Assembly (NCBI GenBank): GCA_031388865.1
Contig: JANMSA010000010.1
Span: 1 to 30,707 of the forward strand
DNA length: 30,707 bases
Direction: 5' to 3'
Source of the DNA: Acidobacteriota bacterium
GTDB taxonomy: Bacteria; Acidobacteriota; Thermoanaerobaculia; Gp7-AA8
Part shown: piece after piece, positions 1 to 8,947 of the stretch
How positions within the stretch are numbered: the first letter of the stretch is position 1
How the letters are laid out: every line of letters starts with the position of its first letter
Notes under the pieces: model-generated
The model's input: only the letters and a program-made list of their open reading frames with translations
Told to the model about the DNA's origin: nothing
Database searches by the model: none
Program-made: the position numbers and the translations under genes

Positions 1-2
1 AC

Positions 3-377
3 ACGGCAACTTCTTCGGGCGCGAAGACGAGCAATTACGGGAGCCAGCGAGACAACGTGACCACGGTAAATAGCGGTCAGTACTACCCCAAGAATCTGAT
101 CTCGATTCCGGGCGACCGTCGTAGAACCGAAGGTCGGATTCACGCGACGCAAAAGCCCGTCGCGCTCATGGAGTACCTCATCCGCACCTACACGAATGAG
201 GGTGAGACGGTTCTCGACAACACGATGGGAAGCGGAACGACCGGCGTCGCATGCGTTCGCACGAAGCGCAACTTCATCGGGATCGAGATGGATGAGAAGT
301 ACTTCGAGATCGCGAAGAAGCGGATCGAAGACGAACTGCGGAACCAACAGCCATCACTTCTCGACGAAGCTGCGTGA
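3..377 (+). CDS. Site-specific DNA methyltransferase (N4/N6 family, phage-type), 3' part; 5' end lies outside the window
   Basis: Frame is open from position 3. HATQKPVALMEYLI followed by VLDNTMGSGTTGVA (SAM-binding motif I) and FIGIEMDEKYFEIAKKRI is the typical C-terminus of beta-class N4/N6 methylases. Confidence 0.9.
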   Translation, partial: TATSSGAKTSNYGSQRDNVTTVNSGQYYPKNLISIPGDRRRTEGRIHATQKPVALMEYLIRTYTNEGETVLDNTMGSGTTGVACVRTKRNFIGIEMDEKYFEIAKKRIEDELRNQQPSLLDEAA

Positions 378-398
378 TTCGCCGCCTTTGACGCGTTG

Positions 399-421
399 GA
401 CCTAGCACGCGACCTAGCACG
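399..421 (+). repeat. Tandem 11-bp direct repeat GACCTAGCACG (399-409, 411-421); candidate integrase arm-type binding sites
   Basis: Exact repeat with 12-bp period, about 85 bp upstream of the tRNA fragment. Confidence 0.55.
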
Positions 422-504
422 AACCGTTTCTCGGGCACTGCATCGGGAACGAACGCCAATCAAATCAGTGCTTTGCGATTTTGAGATGTTCCGTAGCTCC
501 TACA

Positions 505-550
<46 letters not shown>

Positions 551-576
551 ATCTGAATCAGGAAGCAGCCCAACTT

Positions 577-599
577 AGCCCGCGAAAGCGGGCTTTTTT
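577..599 (+). terminator. Rho-independent terminator downstream of the tRNA fragment
   Basis: AGCCCGC-GAAA-GCGGGCT hairpin followed by TTTTT. Confidence 0.9.
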
Positions 600-608
600 G
601 ATTGATCC

Positions 609-785
609 GACGTCGGCCTGCTCGCGGAGGAGTACCACCCCGCGGCCCGCCGCCATCTCGAGAACTTCCCTCAGGCGTTCTCCCATGCCGGCCTGATCAC
701 CACTGCGCTGAACCAGCGCCGGGAAGACGGGCCGGCGCACGACCGCGCGAATGCAGGTCGGGCGGGCGGAGCCCGCCGCCGCTGA
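609..785 (+). pseudogene. C-terminal remnant of a glycoside hydrolase family 15 (glucoamylase/trehalase-like) gene
   Basis: Manual translation DVGLLAEEYHPAARRHLENFPQAFSHAGLITTALN matches the GH15 C-terminal motif (xGLLxEEYDP...GNFPQAFSH). There is no start or upstream part. Confidence 0.75.
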
Positions 786-843
786 CGATCGCCGATCATG
801 ACTCCATGTGATCGCCGTCACTCGGAACGGGTGACCCACGCCG

Positions 844-871
844 TTGACCACGTTCCCGCCCTCTGCATACT
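844..871 (+). promoter_or_regulatory. Possible sigma70-type promoter for the multicopper oxidase operon
   Basis: TTGACC (844-849), 16-nt spacer, CATACT (866-871), about 210 bp upstream of the start. Confidence 0.3.
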
Positions 872-1082
872 GGCCCAGGTCATGAACAACGGATGGCCAT
901 CACTCCGGCATGGAGGCAGGCATTCGCAAAACAGCCCAGCGGATGCCCTCCGTGCTCGACGGCGAGTGCGATGGCCGGCTCCGGCTGCAAGTTGCCCGTA
1001 ACAGGTCGCTTCTGCCGATGCAGGGCGCAACGACAACCCTCTACCTCGTTCATGGGTCCCGCAACAGTCTGAGGAGACGCAT

Positions 1083-4000
1083 ATGCCCATCGGTCGTTCC
1101 CTACGCGCACGCACGTTCACCTTCCTGATCGTTCTCATTGCCCTGCTGCTGCCGTTCGCTACCCACGCGCAGAGCGTGTTGCCAATCGGCAACGCGCTCT
1201 GCGCGCGGGTCGTCCAGGCCGACATCGTGGCGCTCGATCAGCCCTGGTTCTGGAACCGCCTCGGCGCGGTGGAGCCGCAAGGCATGATCTTCGCGCTCAG
1301 GCGCGACGTCGTCTCGAACAACGGGACCCCCGGCCTCGTGGCCGGCAACGTCCAGCTGCGCTCCGACAAGCGCCCCCGCCCGCTGGCGCTGCGCATGAAC
1401 GTCGGCGACTGCCTGCAGATCAACTTCACCAACCTGCTCGCGCCGACGCCCGTGCACAAGGACCAGCCGGCCACGCGGACCGCGTCGGTCCACGTGATCG
1501 GGATGCAGCTCGTCGACAGCATCGCTTCCGATGGCTCCAATGTCGGCAACAACGTGAGCAGCCTGGTCAAGCCGGACGGCTCCGCCGTCTACAAACTCTA
1601 CGCGGAACGGGAAGGCGGCTACTTCCTCTACAGCGCCGCGGCGACGACGGGCGGGGAAGGCAGCGGCGGCACTCTGGGCGCCGGACTCTTCGGCGTGGTC
1701 AACGTCGAGCCGAAAGGCGCCGAGTGGTATCGCAGCCAGGTCACCAAGGACGATCTGAAGTACGCGACCATCGGCATGACCAAGGACGGGCACCCGATCC
1801 TCAACTACAAGGCGGTCTATCCGGCCGGACACAAATTCGCGGCGCTTCCGGTCCTGGCGATGCTGCATGAGGGAAGGATCATTCATTCCGATCTGACGGC
1901 CGTCATCACCGGGCCGGACGCCGGGCGCCTGCCGGCCGGGACGTATCCGAAGAACCCGGTGGAGCCGGATCGGGAACAGCCCTTCCGTGAATTCGCGGTG
2001 ATTTATCACGACGAATTCGGCGCCGTGCAGGCCTTCCCTGAGTTCGAAGACCCGCAACTGAAATACACGCTGCATGGAGTGCGCGACGCGTTCGCGATCA
2101 ACTACGGAACCGGCGGCATCGGCGCCGAGATTCTGGCCAACCGCTTCGGCGTCGGCCCGGTCGCGGACTGCACCGAGTGCAAGTACGAAGAGTTCTTCCT
2201 CAGCTCCTGGTCGCTCGGCGACCCGGCCATGGTGGTGGACGTCCCGGCGAACGCGCCGTGTACGCCGGCGCAGCTCAAGCAAGGCATCCAGTGCATCAAG
2301 CCGGGGATGAAGGCGACCAAGGCTTTCTATCCCGACGATCCGTCGAACGTCTATCACAGCTACCTGAGCGACCACGTCAAGTTCCGGATCGTGCACGCGG
2401 GGCCGAAGGAGCATCACATCCATCACCTTCACGCGCACCAGTGGCTGCACACGCCGGACAGCGATGAGTCGGCGTACCTCGACAGCCAGGCGATCGGACC
2501 GGGAGCCTCGTTCAATCTCGAGATCGCGCACGGCGGCAGCGGCAACCGCAACCAGACCATCGGCGACTCGATCTTCCACTGCCACTTCTATCCCCACTTC
2601 GCCATGGGCATGTGGTCGTTATGGCGCGTCCATGACGTGTTCGAGTCTGGAACGCAGCTCGGCGACGATGGCCGACCGGCCTTCGGCTCGCGCGCTCTTC
2701 CCGACGCAGAAATTCTGACAGGCACTCCCATCCCGGCCGTCGTGCCGATGCCGACCATCGCCATGGCGCCGTTGCCGGAAGCGACGGCGACCATCGTCAA
2801 TGGCCAGGTGCAGATCACCGGAGTGGGCAATCCCGGCTATCCGTTCTTCGTTCCCGCGGTGGCCGGCCACCGCCCGCCGCATCCGCCGCTCGACACGGTC
2901 GACGACGGCGGCTTGCCGCGGCACAACATCGTCGGCGGGACGTTCACCGAGCAGCACACCCGTCTCGATTTCGACAAGGTCCTCGTCACCGCGGATGCGC
3001 GGTTCATTCCTGAGACGGGTACGAAGGTCGAGCTGGAGGCGATGGCGTTTCACGCGATCCGCAATCACGCGAGCTTCACCCCGGGCGGCGCGGTGGCGAC
3101 TTTCATCACCAACGGTCTGCCGCCGGCGCCGGGCGCGCCTTTCGCCGATCCCTGCATCACCAGCGACGGTCTGGCGACCGGAACCCCGCGTACCTACAAG
3201 GCCGCCAACATCCAGCTCGACATCAAGTTGAACAAAGCGGGGTGGCACTTCCCGCAGCAGCGCATCCTGACGCTATGGGGTGACGTCGACGCAACGCGCA
3301 ATGGCACGCGGCCTCCCGAGCCGTTCTTCTTCCGCGCGAACACGGGCGACTGCATCACCTACCACCACGCGAACCTCGTTCCGAACGTCTACGTGCAGGA
3401 CGATTTCGAAGTGCGCTCACCGACCGACATCATGGGGCAGCATATCCATCTGGTGAAGTTCGACGTGCTGGCGTCCGACGGGTCCGGCAACGGCTTCAAC
3501 TATGAAGACGGCACGTTCTCGCCCGACGAAGTGATCGAGCGCATCCACGCCATCAACGCCTTCGGTGGCGCGCTCGACCTCGATTCCGTGCGCAGGAAGC
3601 TCGCGCCGAAACCGCATCCCTATTTCGGTACCCTTGGCGCGCAGACCACCATTCAGCGCTGGTACGCCGACGACGTCGTCAACAACGGCGGCGACGACCG
3701 GACCCTGCGCACGGTCTTCACCCACGACCACTTCGGCCCCTCCACGCACCAGCAGGTGGGTCTTTACGCCGGACTGGTCATCGAGCCCAAAGGATCGAAG
3801 TGGCGCCATTCAGAGACCGGCGCGTTCTTCGGCGGGCGCTTCGACGGCGGCCCCACGAGCTGGCGCGCCGACATCCTCACCCCCAACGCCGACGACAGCT
3901 ATCGCGAGTTCCTGCTCGAGTTCGCCGACTTCCAGTCGGCCTATTGGCCTGACGGCAAGCCGGTCAATCCTCCGAACAAGAAAGAAGCCGGTCTGCCGTT

Positions 4001-5894
4001 CCTCGTGGAAGTGGCCAACCCCTGTCCCATCAGCGGTCAAATGGCGCCGTGCCCGGAGGCGATCAGCGCCGCCGATCCCGGAACGATGGTCGTGAACTAC
4101 CGCAATGAGCCCATCGCTCTGCGCGTGCAGAACCCCGTCACCAATACCCAGACACTCGGACCGGGGGGCGACCTGTCGTACGTGTTCCGCTCCGACGTCC
4201 CCCGCGCCAACAAGAATCTCAACCTTCCGGGACCCTATCTGCCGCTGACTGGCGGGGTCGCGGCCGGCGACCCGTACACGCCGCTGCTGCGCGCGTATGA
4301 GGACGACCGCGTGCAGATCCGCATCATGGTCGGCGCGCACGAAGAGGGGCACAACTTCGCAGTCAACGGCATCAAGTGGCTCTTCGAGCCCTCCGATGCG
4401 AACTCCGGATACCGCTCCTCGCAGATGATGGGCATCTCCGAGCACTTCGAGTTCATCGTGCCGGCACTGCCGAAAGAGGGTGTGGGCGCGTTTGCCGACT
4501 ATCTCTACACGCCCGGACGCTCCGTTGAAGACATGTGGAACGGCCTGTGGGGAATCATGCGCGCGTACGGCAACAACCAGTCGGACCTGTTGCCGCTGCC
4601 GAACAACCCGCCCGGCGGGAAGGTGATCACCAACATCGGCGACTTTACCGGCGTCTGCCCGAAGACTGCGCCGGCTCGGAACATCGACATCACCGCCGCG
4701 CTGGCGACCAACATCCTCGCTGACCAGACCCTGATCTACAACCACCGTACGAATCAGGGCGGGATCCTCCACGATCCGACGGCGATCCTCTTCGTTCGCA
4801 CCAACGAGATCGGCCTCGACGGCAAGATGATGAAAGGGTTCAAGCCCGAGCCCCTCGTCCTCCGCGCCAACGCGGGCGACTGCATCAACCTGACTCTCCG
4901 GAACACGCTGCCGGAGAAAGCTCCCGATCTGGCGGGCTACAGCGCTCTGCCGATGATCGTGGAGTACTTCAACATGAACCAGGTCGCCCCGTCGAGCACG
5001 GTCGGCCTTCATCCGCAGCAACTCTTCCTCGACGTCACGCGCAGCGACGGGCAGGAGGTCGGCTTCAATCCGTCACAGACGGCGATGCCGGGGCACACCG
5101 TCACCTATCAGTGGTACGCGGGTGATCTGCAGATTGGTCCTACCGGCTTCGCCACCCCGCGGCCGATCGAGTTCGGCGCGACCAATCTTCTGTCGTCCGA
5201 TCCGATCAAGCACAGCGGCAAGGGCGCGATCGGCGCCTTGATCATCGAGCCTCAAGGCTCGAAGTGGATCTCGGATGCAGGCTCGCACGCCGCGGCTACG
5301 GTGTTTACCGCGTCCGGCGAGACCATCCGCGACTTCGCGGTCGTGTTCCAGAACGACGTCAACCTCCGGTACGGCTTCGACGGGTCGGCGGTGAAGACGA
5401 TCGCTGAGGAAGACGACGCCGAGGATACCGGGCACGCGGCGGTGAACTATCGCACCGAGCCGATGTGGAAGCGCATGAACTATGCGCCCGAGACCCCGTT
5501 CGAGGTCACGCGCACGTTCGACTTCACCAACGCGCTCTCGAACCTGCAGACCGGCGGCGATCCTGAGACTCCGGTGTTCGTCTCGGGCCGCGGCGTGCCG
5601 ACCCGCTTCCGTCTGGTCCAGCCGGGCGGCCATGCGCGGAACAACGTCTTCACTCTCCACGGCCATGCCTGGTACGAAGAGCCCTACGTCAAGAACTCGA
5701 CCGTGCTGGGCTTGCGCCCGGAATCGGAGCTCTTCGGAGCGATGATGGGAGTCGGTCCCTCCGCGCATTTCAACATTCTGCTCAAGAACGGCGCGGGCGG
5801 CTTGTTCGGCGTCCCTGGCGACTATCTCTTCCGCACCTTCAGTTCCTTCCAGTTCGACGGCGGCATGTGGGGGCTCTTCCGTGTCACCCCGTAG
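1083..5894 (+). CDS. Large secreted multicopper oxidase, MnxG-like (candidate Mn(II) oxidase), 1603 aa
   Basis: RBS GAGGAG at 1071-1076 and Sec signal ending THA|Q. Copper motifs HIHHLH (2415-2432), HCHFYPHFAMGM (2577-2612), HIH (3441-3449) and HDH (3723-3731). Repeated cupredoxin-like domain starts (LRMNVGDC, FRANTGDC, LRANAGDC). Confidence 0.9.
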   Translation: MPIGRSLRARTFTFLIVLIALLLPFATHAQSVLPIGNALCARVVQADIVALDQPWFWNRLGAVEPQGMIFALRRDVVSNNGTPGLVAGNVQLRSDKRPRPLALRMNVGDCLQINFTNLLAPTPVHKDQPATRTASVHVIGMQLVDSIASDGSNVGNNVSSLVKPDGSAVYKLYAEREGGYFLYSAAATTGGEGSGGTLGAGLFGVVNVEPKGAEWYRSQVTKDDLKYATIGMTKDGHPILNYKAVYPAGHKFAALPVLAMLHEGRIIHSDLTAVITGPDAGRLPAGTYPKNPVEPDREQPFREFAVIYHDEFGAVQAFPEFEDPQLKYTLHGVRDAFAINYGTGGIGAEILANRFGVGPVADCTECKYEEFFLSSWSLGDPAMVVDVPANAPCTPAQLKQGIQCIKPGMKATKAFYPDDPSNVYHSYLSDHVKFRIVHAGPKEHHIHHLHAHQWLHTPDSDESAYLDSQAIGPGASFNLEIAHGGSGNRNQTIGDSIFHCHFYPHFAMGMWSLWRVHDVFESGTQLGDDGRPAFGSRALPDAEILTGTPIPAVVPMPTIAMAPLPEATATIVNGQVQITGVGNPGYPFFVPAVAGHRPPHPPLDTVDDGGLPRHNIVGGTFTEQHTRLDFDKVLVTADARFIPETGTKVELEAMAFHAIRNHASFTPGGAVATFITNGLPPAPGAPFADPCITSDGLATGTPRTYKAANIQLDIKLNKAGWHFPQQRILTLWGDVDATRNGTRPPEPFFFRANTGDCITYHHANLVPNVYVQDDFEVRSPTDIMGQHIHLVKFDVLASDGSGNGFNYEDGTFSPDEVIERIHAINAFGGALDLDSVRRKLAPKPHPYFGTLGAQTTIQRWYADDVVNNGGDDRTLRTVFTHDHFGPSTHQQVGLYAGLVIEPKGSKWRHSETGAFFGGRFDGGPTSWRADILTPNADDSYREFLLEFADFQSAYWPDGKPVNPPNKKEAGLPFLVEVANPCPISGQMAPCPEAISAADPGTMVVNYRNEPIALRVQNPVTNTQTLGPGGDLSYVFRSDVPRANKNLNLPGPYLPLTGGVAAGDPYTPLLRAYEDDRVQIRIMVGAHEEGHNFAVNGIKWLFEPSDANSGYRSSQMMGISEHFEFIVPALPKEGVGAFADYLYTPGRSVEDMWNGLWGIMRAYGNNQSDLLPLPNNPPGGKVITNIGDFTGVCPKTAPARNIDITAALATNILADQTLIYNHRTNQGGILHDPTAILFVRTNEIGLDGKMMKGFKPEPLVLRANAGDCINLTLRNTLPEKAPDLAGYSALPMIVEYFNMNQVAPSSTVGLHPQQLFLDVTRSDGQEVGFNPSQTAMPGHTVTYQWYAGDLQIGPTGFATPRPIEFGATNLLSSDPIKHSGKGAIGALIIEPQGSKWISDAGSHAAATVFTASGETIRDFAVVFQNDVNLRYGFDGSAVKTIAEEDDAEDTGHAAVNYRTEPMWKRMNYAPETPFEVTRTFDFTNALSNLQTGGDPETPVFVSGRGVPTRFRLVQPGGHARNNVFTLHGHAWYEEPYVKNSTVLGLRPESELFGAMMGVGPSAHFNILLKNGAGGLFGVPGDYLFRTFSSFQFDGGMWGLFRVTP

Positions 5895-7830
5895 CCATCT
5901 GTTCCTCGTCTCTCTTCTCGTGGCAGCGCTCCTTGGGGGCGCTGCCACGGCGCGCGCCGCCGATGCGGCGGTCAAGGCCGGCGTCGTGATGCAAAAGGTC
6001 GTTCGCGACGGCGTCTCCATCGAGTTTCTCCCTTCCTCTGGTGGTGCCGGAGAGATCCGTCCCGATCCGATGGAAGGAGAGAACGTCGAGCTTCGCTTCT
6101 GGGTTCGCGGTGCGACCGGCGAGCGGCTTGCCGGCATCAAGCCCGCCGCATGGATCGACGCACGCGCCGGCAAGGCGGGTGCGGCCTCCGGAACGGCCGA
6201 CTGCAAGGCGAAGGTTCAGTCGTTCATCTCCGGCACGCTTCGCGCGCGTCCGCAGGTCGATCTGAATTCGTACTTCATCCTCGCGCTCAACGCCGAGCCG
6301 GTCATCTCCGTCATCGACCCGATCCTCGGCTTCGGCGGCAGCCGCCTCTATACCGACATCCGTCTCCCGAGCCCCGGCTTCGACTGGGTGCTGACGCGGG
6401 ACCAGAAGCGCCTCTTCGTGGCCATGCCGATCATCAACCAGGTGGCCGTCGTCGACACCGACTCGTGGAAGGTGACCAAAACCATCGACGTCGGTCCCAA
6501 ACCGACCCATCTCCTCATCTCCCCTGACGAGCAAACCCTCTGGGTGGCCAGCCAGAATGCCGATGCCACCGCCCCATCGCTTACGGTCATCGACGTGAAG
6601 ACTCTCGCGGTGGCTGCGTCGTTGCGAACGGGCCGCGGCCCGCATCGTCTGGCCTTCGCGGCGGACAGCACCGTCGTCGCGGCGACCAACGGCGGTGAAG
6701 GCACGGTCACGCTCATCGACGCGACGACGCTTCGTGCGGTCAAAGATCTGAAGAGCGGCCCCTCGCCGCTGGCCATCGCCGCCTCCGCGCTCAGCGGCGT
6801 GTTCTACGCGGGCGACACTGTCGACGGCTCCATCTCCGTCATCGATCCCGCGAAGCACACCATCGTCTCGAGAATGAAGGCGAAGCCGGGATTGACGACG
6901 ATCCGCTTCGCGCCCAACGGGCGATTCGGCTTCGTCACCGTTCCGGGCGCCGACGTCGTTCAAGTGATCGATTCCTCGAACGCCTCCATCGTGGCCACCA
7001 TCGACGTCCCGAAGACGCCCGATCAGGTCACCTTCACCGAGTCGTTTGCCTACGTCCGCTCGGCCGGCGCCGATCACATCACCATGATCCGGCTCGCCGA
7101 GCTCGGCGCGGGGATGAAACCGAACCTGGTCAGCTTTCCGGGTGGGCAACTCCCGCCGGCCGTCGCGAAGGTCGAGGCTGCAGCCGACGCGGTCATTGCC
7201 GCGCCGGAGTCGTCCGCGGTGATCGTCGTCAATGCGGCGGACAAGCTCATCTACCACTATGAAGAGGGGATGGCCGCCCCGATGGGGAACTACCAGACCT
7301 ACGGCCGGACGCCGAAAGCGGCGCTGGTGGTGGACCGGAGTCTCCGTGAGACCGGACCGGGCGTGTTCTCCATCAAGACGCAGGTCCCCGCGGAGGGGAT
7401 GTACGACGTGGCGTTCTACCTCGACTCGCCGCGCGTCGTGCACTGCTTCAATCTCGCCGTGCGCGTCAACCCTGCGCTGAAGAAAAGCGCGGCACGCCGT
7501 GTGAGCGTGAAACCGCTGATGACCGATCTGGTCATCCGCGCGAATGAGCCGGTGGCGCTGAAATTCAAGCTCACCGATTCGGAGACCGGCAAGGCGCACG
7601 AGAACCTCAAAGACGTCCGCATCGTCGCTTTCCTCGCGCCCGGAATCTGGCAGCGGCGCGAGATGGCAACCGCTGCCGCCGGCGGGATCTACACCCTCAC
7701 CACTGTGCCTCCCGAGCCGGGCATCTACTACGTCTTCGTCGAAAGCGTGTCGCTCGGCCTCAGGCTCAACGAGCAGCGGCCGCTGATCCTCCAGGCCGTC
7801 GGCATCGAGATCCCAAAGGAGTCCCCATGA
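5881..7830 (+). CDS. Secreted YVTN/YncE-type beta-propeller protein with C-terminal Ig/YtkA-like domain
   Basis: Signal peptide (ATARA|ADAA) and repeated blade motifs (VAVVDTDSWKVTKTIDVG, VTLIDATT, ISVIDPAK, VQVIDSSN). The GTG start overlaps the oxidase 3' end; the exact start is uncertain. Confidence 0.85.
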   Translation: MSPRSHLFLVSLLVAALLGGAATARAADAAVKAGVVMQKVVRDGVSIEFLPSSGGAGEIRPDPMEGENVELRFWVRGATGERLAGIKPAAWIDARAGKAGAASGTADCKAKVQSFISGTLRARPQVDLNSYFILALNAEPVISVIDPILGFGGSRLYTDIRLPSPGFDWVLTRDQKRLFVAMPIINQVAVVDTDSWKVTKTIDVGPKPTHLLISPDEQTLWVASQNADATAPSLTVIDVKTLAVAASLRTGRGPHRLAFAADSTVVAATNGGEGTVTLIDATTLRAVKDLKSGPSPLAIAASALSGVFYAGDTVDGSISVIDPAKHTIVSRMKAKPGLTTIRFAPNGRFGFVTVPGADVVQVIDSSNASIVATIDVPKTPDQVTFTESFAYVRSAGADHITMIRLAELGAGMKPNLVSFPGGQLPPAVAKVEAAADAVIAAPESSAVIVVNAADKLIYHYEEGMAAPMGNYQTYGRTPKAALVVDRSLRETGPGVFSIKTQVPAEGMYDVAFYLDSPRVVHCFNLAVRVNPALKKSAARRVSVKPLMTDLVIRANEPVALKFKLTDSETGKAHENLKDVRIVAFLAPGIWQRREMATAAAGGIYTLTTVPPEPGIYYVFVESVSLGLRLNEQRPLILQAVGIEIPKESP

Positions 7831-8399
7831 ATCCTCGCCTGCAGCTCTCCATGCTCGTCGTCCTCGTTCTCGTCGTCGCGCCCCTCGGCGCGGCGACGCA
7901 GGCCTTCCAGCCGGTCATCCCCGACGTCCCGGTGTTGACGCAGGACGGCAAGAGCGTCCGCTTCTACTCCGACCTGGTGAAGGGAAATACGGTCGCCGTC
8001 AACTTCATCTTCACGAACTGCAAGACCATCTGCCCGATGCTCGGCGGCATGTTCACGAATCTGCAGAAACAGAACGGGCGAGGCGTGCGGATGATCTCGA
8101 TCAGCATCGATCCGACCGTCGATACGCCGCGCCGGCTCAAGGAGTGGGGAGCGAAGTTTCATCCGGGACCGTCCTGGATCTTCGTCACCGGGAAACAGGC
8201 CGACATCGACCAGATCCTGAAGGGGCTCGGCGTCTACACCTCCCGGCCGCAGGACCATCTGCCGCTGACCATCATCGGCAGCGACGTCACCGGCACCTGG
8301 ACGCGCAACTACGGATTCCTCAGCGGACCGGAGCTCGCGAAGGTCGTGACGAAAGTGAACGGCGGCGCCGCGCAGACGACGGCCGGAGGCGGCCGATGA
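7827..8399 (+). CDS. SCO family (Sco1/SenC) copper chaperone
   Basis: Signal peptide, FIFTNCKTICP (CxxxC) and distal His (QDHLP). ATGA overlap with the upstream gene. Confidence 0.9.
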   Translation: MNPRLQLSMLVVLVLVVAPLGAATQAFQPVIPDVPVLTQDGKSVRFYSDLVKGNTVAVNFIFTNCKTICPMLGGMFTNLQKQNGRGVRMISISIDPTVDTPRRLKEWGAKFHPGPSWIFVTGKQADIDQILKGLGVYTSRPQDHLPLTIIGSDVTGTWTRNYGFLSGPELAKVVTKVNGGAAQTTAGGGR

Positions 8400-8947
8400 T
8401 TCGCATCGCCACGATCGCTCTTCTCCTGCTGGCTCTTCCCGTGGCCGCCTCGGACCTTCCCACCGCGGGACGCAACTACTTCACCGACCTCGCGCTGACC
8501 AACCAGAACGGCGAGAAGATGCGCCTCTACAGCGATCTGATCGCTGGAAAGACGGTGGTCATCAACACCTTCTTCTCGACCTGCGTCGGGATCTGTCCGA
8601 TCATGGCCGCCACCTTCACGCGCATCCAGAACAAGCTCGGCGACCGCCTCGGGCGCGACGTCATCCTCATCTCCATCACCGTTGATCCGGAGACCGACAC
8701 GCCGGCACGCCTGCGCGATTACGCGAAGAGCATGTCGGCGAAGCCGGGCTGGTATTTCGTCACCGGCAAGAAGAAGAGCGTCGAAGAGGCCCTGGCCAAG
8801 CTCGGCCTGCGCGCCGCCTCGAAGGAGGAGCACACCTCGGTGATGATCATCGGCAACGAGCCGAAGGGCGTCTGGAAGAAGGCGTTCGGCTTGGCGAATT
8901 CCGAGGACATCGTGAAGATGGTCGAAGACGTGGCGGCGGGGAAATGA
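8396..8947 (+). CDS. SCO family copper chaperone, second paralog, 183 aa
   Basis: ATG at 8396 overlaps the upstream TGA (ATGA). Signal peptide, FFSTCVGICP (CxxxC), LISITVDPETDTP and distal His (EEHTS). Confidence 0.9.
   Translation: MIRIATIALLLLALPVAASDLPTAGRNYFTDLALTNQNGEKMRLYSDLIAGKTVVINTFFSTCVGICPIMAATFTRIQNKLGDRLGRDVILISITVDPETDTPARLRDYAKSMSAKPGWYFVTGKKKSVEEALAKLGLRAASKEEHTSVMIIGNEPKGVWKKAFGLANSEDIVKMVEDVAAGK

Noticed and set aside
960-1000. Sigma54 promoter for the oxidase operon
   Set aside because: GG and GC pairs are spaced by 9 or 12 nt rather than the required 10.
1101-7599. Long minus-strand ORFs (498, 403, 377, 571 aa) opposite the operon
   Set aside because: Antisense shadows typical of GC-rich coding DNA, with no motifs or start signals.
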